Positions 1 to 12,704 of a stretch of DNA of 64,000 nt are shown piece after piece. The number at the start of each line of letters is the position of its first letter. Position 1 is the stretch's first letter. This DNA is from Neoechinorhynchus agilis (taxonomy: Eukaryota; Animalia; Acanthocephala): NCBI GenBank assembly GCA_051530055.1, contig CM121342.1:11733480-11797479 (forward strand), in the 5' to 3' direction. Under the pieces are notes generated by a model, which did not search any database, was not told the origin of the DNA, and saw only the letters and a list, made by a program, of their open reading frames with translations. The position numbers were made by a program, and so were the translations under genes.

Positions 1-83
1 GCAACGTCACATCGTTTTGTGAATGTGGCATGACGTCACATCGTTTGGGGTAACGTGTAAAAACTATACACGTCAGCTGGACT

Positions 84-620
84 GTCCACGGGGAGTTCAC
101 TTGCCCCAGTTCTAGCCGAATTGCTCATGCGCGATTGCAAGGCCAAGAACGTTTCAAGCCTACCGGGTGTGAAATTCTGACAGATATACGTAGATGACAC
201 TTTTATCTTAGTCGATGAAACCATAGAACCGGAAAAGTATGCTCACATGCTGAATTCGAAGCACAGCAACATCCAATGGACAGTAGACTCGGAGAATCAT
301 AATGCGATCTCTTTTTTGGACGTTTCGATAACGCGAAAAAGAGCTGAGTTTGAGACCACTGTGTATACAGGAAAATTGGTATACCGACTGACATTGTCCC
401 TCATTCATTACAATGACACCAATTAAATATAAAATACCTAGGATTAATTCGCTATTTGACCGGGCTAATAACTATTGCTCAAACAAATACTCACTCAGCG
501 AGGAACTTGAATTTCTGTGGAGCATACTAAAAGGAAAGGGCTATCAAATCGACTTGATAAGAAGAGCTAGTTGCAGGGTCTTCTGGCGAGCCCACCTCGC
601 GAAATATCTCAAATAAATCA
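84..620 (+). mobile_element. Degenerate Penelope-like element, reverse transcriptase/thumb fragment
   Basis: Broken plus-strand frames read SSLAPVLAELLMRD ... RYVDDTFIL ... LNSKHSNIQWTV ... ISFLDVSITR ... FETTVY ... SLFDRANNYCS ... ILKGKGY, the motif order of PLE RT; frameshifts and stops present. Confidence 0.8.
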
Positions 621-1009
621 AAATCAAATAGGTTATGACCGGGTGTATGTTCACCAAAAGTTTACATTGATTAACCCGAAGAATTTTCTATCGCTGATAT
701 TCTTAAAATGTTTTTTTACTATCCAGTTTTTGTTAAAATCTCTTCTGAGTTAAAAATATTCTGCCATTATTTGAATGATGAAGATTGATAAAAGTTATGC
801 TTTGCAATAGCTTATAAAGCAGCTTTGTGCAGCAGTCGCAAAAGCCGAACTTACCGAAATTGTTGACCTGGCCAGAAAGTATGCTTTATTTATTGCGTTC
901 GTACTCATAGGATTAATCAAATTGTTTATATATCAGTGCGACCGTGAATACTAAGCCAACAGACAGATGTTGCAACAATTACCGTTATTGAAACGTTTAC
1001 GCTAAATTG

Positions 1010-1140
1010 TTGTTTAGGTATTCACCCGGTAAATAATTTTTTATACAGACAAACTGGTGATAGACCCGACGAGGTTCTAAACGTTTTTAATAAAAAATTA
1101 TATACCGGGTGAAGAGCTAAGCATTAATTCTAAGCATATA
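1010..1140. repeat. Dispersed repeat family B, partial copy
   Basis: cgacgaggttc...aacgtttttaataa...ataccgggtgaaga matches units of the 39.8-40.6 kb array; other partial copies at about 12075-12230, 38060-38160 and 42530-42700. Confidence 0.6.
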
Positions 1141-1716
1141 CCCCGACACCTCATATATCGACGTTTACGCTAAAGTTATTTTAATAAAATTTAGTTCCTG
1201 TGCAGAAATGAAACTAAACAACATTTGTGCTTTTGACTGTGCGAATCCCCGCGCGAAGTAAAGAATTCGAACAAATAAAACGAGAGAAACTAAAAGAGCC
1301 TTGAAGAGGATGGATAAATGATGTAGGTCGTTAGTCAAAATTTAGAATTAAGGGTGCATTAATTGAGAGATTTTCGCTTCTAGAAAAAACATATATGGCA
1401 ATACTATACAAAAAATGTATGGGACCACAAAATTACCCATAAGGTTATGTCGGCGGAATAAAAACACATAAATATTCAAAGCTATGGAAGACAAAATTAT
1501 AATCGTCAAGTATTTGTGCTACTATAATAAACAAACTGAAACGTTTGTCGATAAAAACAAACATAGACGCAATGAAGCAAAATGAGTACATACCTCTTTC
1601 TATCAATGCGACAACAACGATCAACATAAGAAACGGAGTTTGTGACACACAGAAAAACGATAAAACTTTACGAAGGTCGATATGGAATGTATTGAATACG
1701 ACTCAGCGCAAAAACG

Positions 1717-2832
1717 ATGGAGATCATTCGACTAAAAACTGTTGCCCTGATTGCTACCATAATTCACCTCGTCGCGGGATTACCTTCACATAGCGATTAC
1801 AGAAATGCGCCTATTTCGAACAATTTTTCGGTAAAATTTGAGCCGTACAAAACTGGAAAACCCGATGAATATAATTCCGACCTTTATTGCAATCAATATA
1901 TTTTGACATTTTGTCAACCAAATAGCAGTAAATCTCCAACAGCCCAACCAACGACTACTGAGGAGGCCACCACTTCAGAAGAAAAAACAACAACAGAAGA
2001 GGCTACCACAAGAGAGGAAATAGCAACCACAAGAGAGGAAATAGCAAACACAGAGGAAATAGCAAACACAGAGGAAATAGCAAACACAGAGGAGACAACC
2101 ACGGAGGCAACTACCACAACAGAGGAAACTACAACAACAGAGGAAGCATCCACTGAGGAGACCACTACCGAAGAAATTACAACCACAGAGGAGACTACCA
2201 CCACAGAGGAAACAACCGCAGTAGAAACAACAACAGAAGAGGCTATCACAAGAGAGGAAATAGCAAACACAGAGGAAATAGCGAAAACAGAGGAAATAAA
2301 TACGGAGGCGACTATCACAACAGAGGAAACAACAACAACAGAGGAAACATCCACTGAGGAGACCACTACCGAAGAAATTACAACCACAGAGGAGACTACC
2401 ACTACAGATGAAACAACCACAGAAGAAACAAAAACCACAGAGGAGACTACATCAACAGAGGAAATTGCAAAACCAGACGAAATAGAAAAAACAGAGGCCA
2501 CCACAACAGAGAAAATAACTACGGAGTTCACTACCACAACAGAGGAAGCAACTACGGTGGCGACTACCACAACAGAGGAGACTACCGCAGATGAGACTAC
2601 TACTGGGGAAGACGACGACGATGACGGTAGTGATGAATACGACGATGACGATGACGGTAGTGATGAATACGACGATGATGATGACGGTAGTGATGAATAC
2701 GACGGTGAAGACGACTATGATGACGTAAGCAACGTTCAAAAGAAAACTACTGTTATCCACAATACAAGCACCAATGATGAACGGTGCACGGATGAAGATG
2801 CGAAACCGAAAGTGGCTTCGTTCGTTCATTAG
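1717..2832 (+). CDS. Secreted mucin-like Thr/Glu-rich repeat protein with acidic tail (371 aa, intronless)
   Basis: Hydrophobic N-terminal signal peptide, two Cys, long TTEE-type repeat tract, 3x DDDDDGSDEY. Confidence 0.8.
   Translation: MEIIRLKTVALIATIIHLVAGLPSHSDYRNAPISNNFSVKFEPYKTGKPDEYNSDLYCNQYILTFCQPNSSKSPTAQPTTTEEATTSEEKTTTEEATTREEIATTREEIANTEEIANTEEIANTEETTTEATTTTEETTTTEEASTEETTTEEITTTEETTTTEETTAVETTTEEAITREEIANTEEIAKTEEINTEATITTEETTTTEETSTEETTTEEITTTEETTTTDETTTEETKTTEETTSTEEIAKPDEIEKTEATTTEKITTEFTTTTEEATTVATTTTEETTADETTTGEDDDDDGSDEYDDDDDGSDEYDDDDDGSDEYDGEDDYDDVSNVQKKTTVIHNTSTNDERCTDEDAKPKVASFVH
2611..2700 (+). repeat. Three tandem 30-nt coding repeats (GACGAYGAYGATGACGGTAGTGATGAATAC)
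   Basis: Direct reading of the sequence. Confidence 0.9.
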
Positions 2833-4034
2833 TCTAAGAACATCCCTAGCAGGGAGTTAGATTAGCATTAGAAATAGATTTTTCATCTCGGTAATTTACT
2901 ATCTTCAAGTAAAAACCCAAATAAAAATGACTTAAGAAATAGTTTGAATTTCCAAACGCGCACGCTATTTACTCTTCGCCCTTTACCTAAAAAATACTTG
3001 ATCATTTTTTTGAATAAAGCAACCCTTCTAAAGAGTCTCTAGATTCTAACTAGACATTCCAATGCTTAACTAGTATAAAGCTTCCATTGAATCACAAACG
3101 AAATGAATTAATGTTTTCTTATTTAAAGGATTTTGAGACAAAAAGTTCGCATTTCTCAATATTTCGTCAATGGGAGTTCCCTAATCGATCAACGTCGTGT
3201 GCATTATTTTCGATTCCGGCGAATTACATGAATAAATCGGAAATAATTTGTTAATTTTATTGAGTTTTACACGAAGGAAGCGAAGTAGACTGCAAATTTC
3301 GAAATTGGAAAATATCGACTAATTTGTTCGCTGTTGAGTTTACAAAGCCAAAAAGCGATGCCGAATGTTACTCAGCATTCACGTAATAGTTTTATCGGTA
3401 AATAATTATTTAATAAGAAACGACAGTTCAAATATATTTAAGTTTTCTCATTCAAAAGATTTTGAGATAAAAAGGTTCGCATTTTTCTATAATTCGTTAA
3501 TGAGATTTTGTTAATCAAGCGACCGCCATGTCGATAATTTGTTGGCACGGTTACAAGATGTAATTAGTCGAACGGCACTTCAGAAACTTTATTTTTAATT
3601 TGAGCGTCTCAGTCTTCTGGGCGCTTAGGGGATTCTACTACGGGTGCAGGTCCTATAGAGTTTGTGGGCTGCACTCGTGGAATGCGCAGTCTTCCAAGGT
3701 GGCTTCCAGGAGCCGAAACATGTGGATCCTCGGTCCGATGCGACTGGTGACACACCAACATGTACAAAGCAATTGGATTCTGCTTTGCCAATATGCATTT
3801 GAGAGGAAAACATGGGCGCGTTGGCGGTCATTGTTGTTGATCGTTGTTAAATTATTAAGAAACAATAAAGATATGTAGCTTTTTTCACGCAATTAATGTT
3901 CGTTAGTGAATCTTAGTTAAATAATTCTTTACAAGGCAAATTGCTGAAAATTTAGTGAACTTTAAAAATAAACAATCCTTAATATACCGAACATATATAT
4001 TATCGATAGTAATAATACTTTAGCGCACTCATTG

Positions 4035-6991
4035 TTATTCTTGTGCCTCTTCCTTTATTTCCTTCTTTGCCACAGTAGATCGTGGATTTCCCGTTATTGA
4101 ACTGATCATCTCTTCAAGCTCCTCAAAAGTCAGTATTGGTGTTGGTTCTTCTGGTGGTTCCTCTTCCCGATCCACATCTTCATCCTCCTTAAAATCACCA
4201 GCACAAATCGCATGGAAGCACCCGTGCTCGTTCCGGACAGCGTTGACATTCATCCATTCATCTTGATCCCGATCATAAATTTGTTCAAATCCTTCACGAC
4301 ACACTCGACAGACTTCATCCATTTCAGTCAAAGCAGGACACATTGGTGGTCTTGGTTTTGCGATTCGAGGTTTCTTTGCCTTTCCCAAATCTCGTTCATC
4401 TTCGAAAAGACCTTCAAAAGCTCCTCTTCGTTTTAGGTCCTCACCAACCACTATAACATCCGGTAATGGTTGTTTCCTATCTATTTCAGGAACCTGCTTC
4501 TCGGACGTCACCAAACCGACATCTTGCTCAACCCAACTACTTCGATTAAGCATCCATCCGCGAGGAGGACGATTACCAGAATAAAGTATTCCTTTGGCGC
4601 GTTTATTCAGCATGAAGTGTCGATCGAGGTGATGGTCAAATCGTTTTCGGTTGTAATCCGGCGGCTTCGCATTCAATAAAAACGGGCAATCATTGCCTTG
4701 GACGTCGAATCTCAGACCACATTGTTGACATGGAGTTCCACGGTACATGGCTTGTATCATATCGGTGTCAAATCCGTCCGATTTAGGCTCTGGTACCGGT
4801 GGTGGTGGCGGTAGTGGAGGAGGTGGCCTTTTTACGAGTTGCGCTGTTGCCGACGGCATAGACGTGACCGGTGGTGCTGATGCGGCCACTGTTTTATATT
4901 GAGCAACCGGCGGTTGACTTTCGGCAGAAAATAGATTAGCTATGACTGCCTGTGGATTGATTTGAGAATTCATTGAATTTGTTGCGGGCATCGCCACTAA
5001 ATGGTATTGAGATGATTGAGGATTTTTCCAACTTCGACTGAAATGTTCAATAGCATTCGTGAAGCACTGACTGAAGATGGTTGCATCAAAAGTAGGTTTA
5101 GTTGTAGTCGGAGTTGAATTCTTTGTTTGCGGTGATTGAACCGTGGCACGAGTTTCGCATTTGACGGATTCGCTAAATGGCATTTCCCCCAATATCTTTA
5201 TTATCGGTGTTTCTCCAACAATCTGAATTCGATGCTGTGTACATCCAATATAAACCATCCGCTCAGGAGAATTGAAAGCCAGTTCGTATGGACGTCCATC
5301 AATAATCACTTCGTATCCTGGACCACCCCAAGCAACCTGATGAACACTATCTCTACTGAACGCAACTCGACAACTTCTGTCAAACGCAATTATATGAGGA
5401 ATCCCGTCAATCAATATCTCACGGGCCTGTGAAGAATCGAATCGGATTCCATAGAATCGACCGGCAATCTCAACACACGGCAAAGGACAATCGAACCGCA
5501 TTGTATAAAATGAACCGTCGATCATTATCTGGCGTTCATGTGGAGCAAAACGAATTTCGTGAGGTGTTTCTCCTTCATTGAATGATGCAAGAATCGGTTT
5601 CATGGGGTCAATAAAGCCTACTTCCCTGTTGTTCACATAAAGTTGCTTTGAAACGCCATCCACTCTGAACTCGTGTTCATTTCCTTGAACTACAATCCGT
5701 TGAAGCACAACATCTAAATTCACGATATTCACTCTCTCTATGGAAAAGATGAGATAAAAAGGAGGCTTCTAAAAATTTTGATTCAAAAGATCCATTATGG
5801 TTCCTGATTTGTTTCATTGTTATTAAAGAGACTTTGATTCATAACTAAAATTTTGCAAAAAAGTAACTAAAACTACACCAAAAAAGATTTTAACAAAGCC
5901 CCACTGTTTGCTTCAAAGGAAAAAACACACATAATTACATCTAGTTTTCTAAAACTTGGAAAATAAAAAAAGGGCAAAGCGAGTGAATCCCGTCAAAGTA
6001 ATCGGAGTTCATGTGGATATCCATCAATCCATATATTAATTCTCGGACCAACATATCCGATCATGACATCATGCCCATCCCTTGAATACTTTACTGGATC
6101 ACTACCGAATACAAGAATCGGTTGAGAGTTTATAAGCAGCGTTCTCGTTCTGGAACTACATAACAATTCGCATCTGCCTCGCATCGATGAAGATAGCGAT
6201 ACTATGATCCGTTTGTCCAATTCAATGGGAATTGCTCGATCGTCAACGGTGACAAAGTGTTCATCGCACACTAATTTTGATTTTCGTTGCGTCAAGCCAC
6301 AGTCAATTGCCGAAGGAGGTTTGTAATGATTTAGTTCCGGTCCATAAGGCCAAATAAGTTCGCGATCGAGCGGAACGTTGCAGACTGGAGGATCTGTGCC
6401 TAGTAGATTTTGGGTTTTCTTTTGTAAGTCAACGAGCGATGTTCTTTGTCGATTTTGCGGGATACTATGTTTCGACAACCGATCGATTTCTCGATCAAGA
6501 GTGTAAAAGCGTAAATCATTATCTTAACGACGTGTAAAGTTTCTCAACCGTCCCGGCGATGATGATTCGTGCTCTAGAGAGTGTAGGAATCGAAAGTAGT
6601 ACCCCAGGTTCTCCTAAGAGTCAATAGTTCGTTTCTAATTGATTGATTAGCAGTCTCGTAGGCCTTAAGGAACAGTTGAATGATATGTTTAGCGAATTGA
6701 TCTCGGTAACAAGAGAGTGTCTTAGAGAGTGAATCGACAAGATAGATGGCAGGTACAAGAAGAGGATGATTGACCTAAACTCTTTAAAATTTAACCAAAT
6801 TTTCAAAATCAATCACTCACCGTCAGAGTATGGTCAACGAGTGCCTTTGCAATCGGTTCATGATGAGCATAGTTGGTTTGCGCGATTGTGGTCAGATGGG
6901 TGATTATCTTACGACTTTCTTTAGTAAGATGCAAAAGCTCGTTTCGGTACAAGCGATAGGCATTACAGCCTTCAGCCGTGATGGTAGACAT
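4035..6991 (-). CDS. PCF11: Pre-mRNA cleavage factor Pcf11; exons about 6991-6821, 6774-6576, 6504-6002, 5717-4035
   Basis: CID domain (LTKESRKIITHLTTIA ... PAIYLVDSLSK ... LRRTW), IDGxPHE-type repeats, C-terminal zinc fingers (CQQCGLRF ... HLDRHF ... RGW; CRVCREGFEQIYDRDQDEW ... FHAIC). Intron 1 (6820-6775) is GT-AG; the other two interruptions are non-canonical (see findings). Confidence 0.9.
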
Positions 6992-7660
6992 TCTGACTAG
7001 AAAACGAGAGAAATGGGGCTTACCTTATTTTTAGTTTCAATCAAAAGGACGCTCGCGAATGAGTGTGTGCACCCAACAGATTATAAAAAAGATCTTTCTT
7101 CACAAATCGAGAGAACAAGTGGCTGAAAGAGTTTCTCACACACACACGCCGTTTCCCGAACCACAAGTGAATCCACAAGATTGAACGTCGTACTTTAAAG
7201 CGAAGAATGATCGATGTTGCGCTCCTCTCTCTTTAATTTAGGACGTGGTGACGAAACGTATCCGTTAGAGCGTCACGTGACTACGTCACGTTTCTTCCGT
7301 ATTTCAGCGGGACATTTACGTACACAACTGTTGTTTTATTAGTCATCACGTGACCTATTGTTATTATTATGTGGAATTAAGTGTGATAAAATAGTCAAAT
7401 CGATTTGCGTGGATTTTATCAGATGTTTTTTCAACAAATTCGTTTGTATCAATGTGTGGTCTTTTATCGCACGGCTGGTAATTTGTGTTAAGTTACCGGC
7501 TGGCCAATCTTCATAAAAAATTCGTTTGTGTTGTAAAGAAATTATTCATTATAGTTTCAATTAGCGATGTTTGATTCAGAAAAATGGATTTATTTTCGTC
7601 CGAAAACAATTGACTGGCCAACGAAAATGCCGAAAATTTTCAAGATAAATCCATCTACCA

Positions 7661-7806
7661 ATGGCGAATTGTAACACACTGGAGTTTTATTATTGAAATC
7701 TTCATTGCGAATCTTCAAGGCCTCAGAGCTTACATATTTAAGACCTTACAAGGAATGCTTGAGAAGAAGGCTGAGGCCTTGAAAATTCGCAATTACAATT
7801 TGCCAT
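7661..7806. repeat. Palindromic MITE-like element
   Basis: attgcgaatcttcaaggcctcag / ctgaggccttgaaaattcgcaat inverted pair, plus an outer pair atggcgaattgtaa / ttacaatttgccat. Confidence 0.7.
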
Positions 7807-10800
7807 TGAGAATACACATCCACTCAAAGGAGCAATTGATAGAAATAAATCTATTTATAAATAAAACATCGCTAATTGAAACTGAAATTAGAATTATTGT
7901 TTAGAACTCTTTACCCGCGGTAAATGATTATTTATTTAAAACGTTCTACGAACCTCCTATGGGGTTCATCATCAGTTCTAAAAATGCCTTTGTGTTGTAA
8001 AAGAAAAAGGTGTTCGTTTAGATATGTGTATTTTGTTTGGTGTGATTATGAGACAAGAATAGTGATTGATTTATTAATTCTCAGTATTTCCTCGGCTTGT
8101 CGGACCTGAGTGAATTAACAAACTTACGACCAACCTGAAGAAGTCCGACAAGAGGGCGAGAATTTTTTATAATCACCAAAGAACATAAATTCGTTTTTTA
8201 TCTGGCGTTAAAAAATTAAAAGAATACGGTCGTGTTTTTTTTGGGAGCCACAACCTTGTACACCTTTATCACAAGGTTGTGCCGAAATATTTGAATTTAA
8301 TAACTCTTTTTAATTGTTTCGCCATGTAAAAAACGTGAATAGTTCAATATTTCAAACACAAATTCGTTTGTGTCGATTTCATCAACGATGAAACGAAGAC
8401 TGGAGTTTGGTTATACCACACAATAAAGAGATCATCCACGGAAACTCTTTCAAGAAGAAGAGACTCGGACAAGCGATGCGGGGCATTGAGAAGAGAATCG
8501 CTAAACATAAGGAAGCCTATGGCCGAGTTGAACACTCCTCCGTTAGATTTTGGTGCATTTTGTGAAGAAGGACCAAAACCTTAAAAAAATGCCTTATTTG
8601 AAGGAAACAAAACCATAGCTTAAAAATACCGGCCATCTACGTATTACAAATCAATGAAAACGCCACACAACGCAGGGAGACGAGGGGACCCCCTCGAATC
8701 TCGAGAATGGCGAACTCATCAAGAGAAAAACCTTTTTAGATTACTGATGAAGCGAGACTTACTCGTGATCTCAAAGGATTTTCTCTTGATGAATTCGAAA
8801 TGTAAATTGTAATTTGTTGTCGAACGAGAAAAACGAAAGTGGCGCACTTACGAACGTGATTAAATCCATTCGTCCCCGAACTTCGGGAATGACAAACTCA
8901 CGTACGTTAGCCATACAATACAAAACAACTACAATCCTGAGTATAAATATTTTGTCCTAATCGAAGGCGACTAATTTTCGATCACTGATTGTCAACAAAC
9001 TGTTATGTTTTAATCGGAAAATTCAATTTAAATATAAAAAGATCTAATTTTAAAATTACCATACAAAAGTTAAGGAGAGATTTTCTTTTCGTTCTACAAA
9101 TTGAAGTCATTTTAATGGTAGCTTTTAATCATCAAGGATAACGAACACTCGGTCACCGTACCATAGTAAATTAATCGACTATTGATCATTTGGAATATTG
9201 GGAAGCATGAAAAACCCATGTTTAAGAACAAAGCATAATAATAAGTCAGATAGAAAATCCTTAGTATATTCCTCTGCAAACAACGACTGATGAGGAAAGG
9301 TTACCTCGTGAAATATTTCAAATAAATTAAATATATCATGGCCGAAAGTATGCTCACCACAATTCTAATCACAATAAGTGTATTATTTGATTGGAGAACA
9401 ACAATTCGTCTTTAAAGAATTTTCGCTATCAATTTGAAACATTATAATTCCAGTTTGCTATTCCACGGTACCCAGCGTCTATTAGACATGGAAATACCAA
9501 AAACAATCAAATAATACTTACACGGTGATAATTTCCGTACAGGAGATTCAATTTTAATTGTTTTGGCTGCTATGTACTAAAAAAGGAGCACGAAACCAAT
9601 TTCATTATGAAATCAAAGAGCGTACAGGAGACTCCATTTGTTTTCACTGCTATATTGATGAAAAAGGAGCACCAAACCAGTTTCATTATGAAACCAAGGA
9701 GCTTTTGGGAAGATTTTATCATTGAAATTAATTTTCTTTAATAAATGGTTCGAACAAGCAGCCCAAGTTCACAATCGCGTCATTTGTACTGAAAGGCACT
9801 GCTGCGAATATTCTCACGTCAGACAAAATAGTAAAATGATTGTTTTTTTTTCGAGAACAAGTTTTTTGTACACGGAAGCAAATGCGATCACGAATTTTCC
9901 GCGCTCTTCACGGTACTGGATCGCAATTTTTGTTGAACATCCTTATCCTGAAATTGTAAGAAAAGATGCTAAAAAGAATATTTAAACCGATAAAAAAATT
10001 ACACTCTTTTTTGTATGCATTTTTTAACGAATTTTCGGACCCCAAAGCAACGTTTCGTATCATTGTTGGCGCTGTAATCTTTGTGGTTTTTTCCATTGAT
10101 TTAAACGCTGTTTTATAACCTGAAAGTTGACACGATAAAGAAACCATTATTGACTGCACTCACATACATGACTCTTCCATGTACTTAAGAGCGAGAGAGA
10201 GAGCAATTGGCATTTTGGTAATATTTATGCTCGTGAGTATTCTTTTATTACAACATTTTGAGCTAAGATGACTGCGTCTCTTCATATGCGAAAAAACATC
10301 TCAACCACCAAGCAGCTTAAGCGTTCGTCTTCCTTTTTTTAAGCAAAACTGTGCCCGTAACCAAAACGGAACTTTTTTCGGTTAGACTTTGTTTACAGTG
10401 AATTCTAACTGACCCATAACGATTTTCGGTGTGCGAGCCGAGACTACTTTGGCGTAATGTAGCCCGCAGTATTGTCTAGATGAGTACGGAGAAAACGATT
10501 GTGCTCGAGATGGATTTATTGGCGTTAATGTTACGGCACAAGCACCCCTTGTGTGTGCATGAGTGAAGAAATTCGGTGAAACACGCGACGGGAGGCACGT
10601 TGAGTGCAACTTCGGTTTTGGTTCGACGATGCGAGTATCGATTAGGTTTACTTTTTACGCCAATGGCGGTCTCAAAGCTACTATTGGAATGTTTCTTGTG
10701 TTTGTGTTATTTTACGAATTTCTCATAGAGGATTATGGAACGTATCAGCGTAAATATCCCGTTCCATTAGACGAACAAGAACTATGCTTCCCCAAAGAGA

Positions 10801-10890
10801 GTTACAGAGGGCGACAATCTGCCTTGATAAGGGAATGACAGTTTCATGCGTTCATGAGATTGCTCTCTTCCTCCGCCCATTTTTAGACTC

Positions 10891-12425
10891 ATGCTGGCCA
10901 CGTTATCGTTTGTCTTTTCAACCTGTACGGAAATCGTTCGCACTTGGAAAGTCAGTTCAAGTGTCAACCGTAAATCGAAAGAGGACATTGACTTTGGTGT
11001 ACTTGCTGCAAACACCGCTTTCAACAAACAAGAATTACGGAAATATTTCTTTGACTTTAAGGTAATTCATTCTCTTTAATATCACTAAACTCGCATTAAT
11101 TAGAATGCCTGTCCGGATGGAGCATTGAGTCCATCCATGTTTGAGCTTGTTTACAGGAAATATTATCCTAAAGGAAGCATTAAGTTATTCTGCCAGAAGG
11201 CTTTCCGGTCATTCGACAGAGACCAAGACGGTCAAATGGGTATTATCGGTTTTTATCACATCATAATAAATAGTCAATAATTTTTTAAAAAAAGATTTCG
11301 TTGAATTCGTATATGCACTCGATATTATATCCTCTCAAAGCTGTAAAAAGAAGTTTGATTGGTTCTTTAGACTCAGTGACACTGATCGAAATGGAGTTAT
11401 TGATCAGAAGGAATTCGAAGATGTTTGCAAGGTATGCGTTCTAAATAATTATTGACTGAAGTATGTTTTATTTGGAAAATTTTATCTGATCATTTTCGTT
11501 GTGTCCATAAGATATATCGCGTTCTATCAAATAAATAATCGGAAATCCAAAGCAATTTCAATTGAAAAAGTGGAACTTTGAACGCATCTATGAACAAAAA
11601 CAAAATAAGTAAATCGTTCAATTTTTAACGAACTAACGACGCATTGTTTGACTAACAGAAGCTAGAGATTTAAGTAATTTTAAGTTTAAAACTTAAATTT
11701 TCAATAGTTGCAATTCGTTCCTTTCACGTTGGGATCCTTGTTGTTCGTGATTTTAAACCGTTATTTAATAACCATAACCACTTGGCATTTCCGTTTTATC
11801 GTATAAATAACACGGTTTATAAAAGCCCAAATATAAAATATTAATATTCAATTGTCTGTGACAGATGTCTTAAATTTACTGGCTTTAAGAAAAAGGTATA
11901 CTCCACACTCAAAGATAAAACTAAGCAAAAACAAAAATTTGCGCTCTTTATTTTACACCTACAAATTTCTTATATTCAAATCATATCAAAATGCCGATAT
12001 GTGAAGTGCCGGGAAGTATATATTTAGAGAATTATTGTTTACAATTCTTCGCCCTGCAAATAATTCTTTTATTAAACACGTTTTTCGAACCTCGTCGTTT
12101 TCATCATCAATTTTCGATCGTCTTTTAATAACTAACAAACTTGTGATAAACCCCTTACAAGGTACGCAGAACGTCTTTAATAAAGAATTATTTGCCGGTT
12201 AAATACTTCTAAATAATAATTCTAACCAAATTATATGTTTTAATTACATTTTAGAGTGTAAACTCACTAATGAGTGTCAATGGATTTTCTTTGACCAAAA
12301 CTCAAAATATATCGTTATATGACAAACAAACAAAGGGATTTTTGACAAAAGACGAGTTCCTTCAAATGTGCAAAGAGGACGAAATATTCAGAAGTCTATT
12401 ATTCCAATCATGTTCAACAGAGTGA
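10891..12425 (+). CDS. Neuronal calcium sensor / KChIP-recoverin family EF-hand protein; exons 10891-11061, 11104-11239, 11295-11431, 12255-12425
   Basis: NTAFNKQELRKYFFDFK-NACPDG ... YRKYYPKG ... FRSFDRDQDGQMDFVEF ... WFFRLSDTDRNGVIDQKEF ... GFLTKDEF; three in-frame GT-AG introns. The start codon is uncertain. Confidence 0.85.
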
Positions 12426-12704
12426 TAACTAGAAATCTTTACTTGTGTCTGTGTGGAATGTATTTTGCATCAAAATACATTTACTCATTTTCTTATTGTC
12501 TGTCGACACCCAAAACTAGACAATGACGCTAATATCAAAATCAAACACTACGTGGCGCTTAATGTTTGTTCAACCACTCTAACACACAATAGAACGCCGT
12601 AGCCTGAACAATAGTCAATTTTAGTCTGCATTCGTAGGCCGGCATCTAGTTATAGAACCAATCAAAATACAATCATTACCACTATCTTGTCTTAGAAGCT
12701 AAAG

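Noticed and set aside
1914-2570. 218-aa Val/Ser-rich minus-strand ORF
   Set aside because: Antisense shadow of the Thr/Glu repeat gene.
8090-8800. Possible Penelope GIY-YIG remnant or small gene
   Set aside because: Only weak peptide resemblance with stops in all frames; not supportable.
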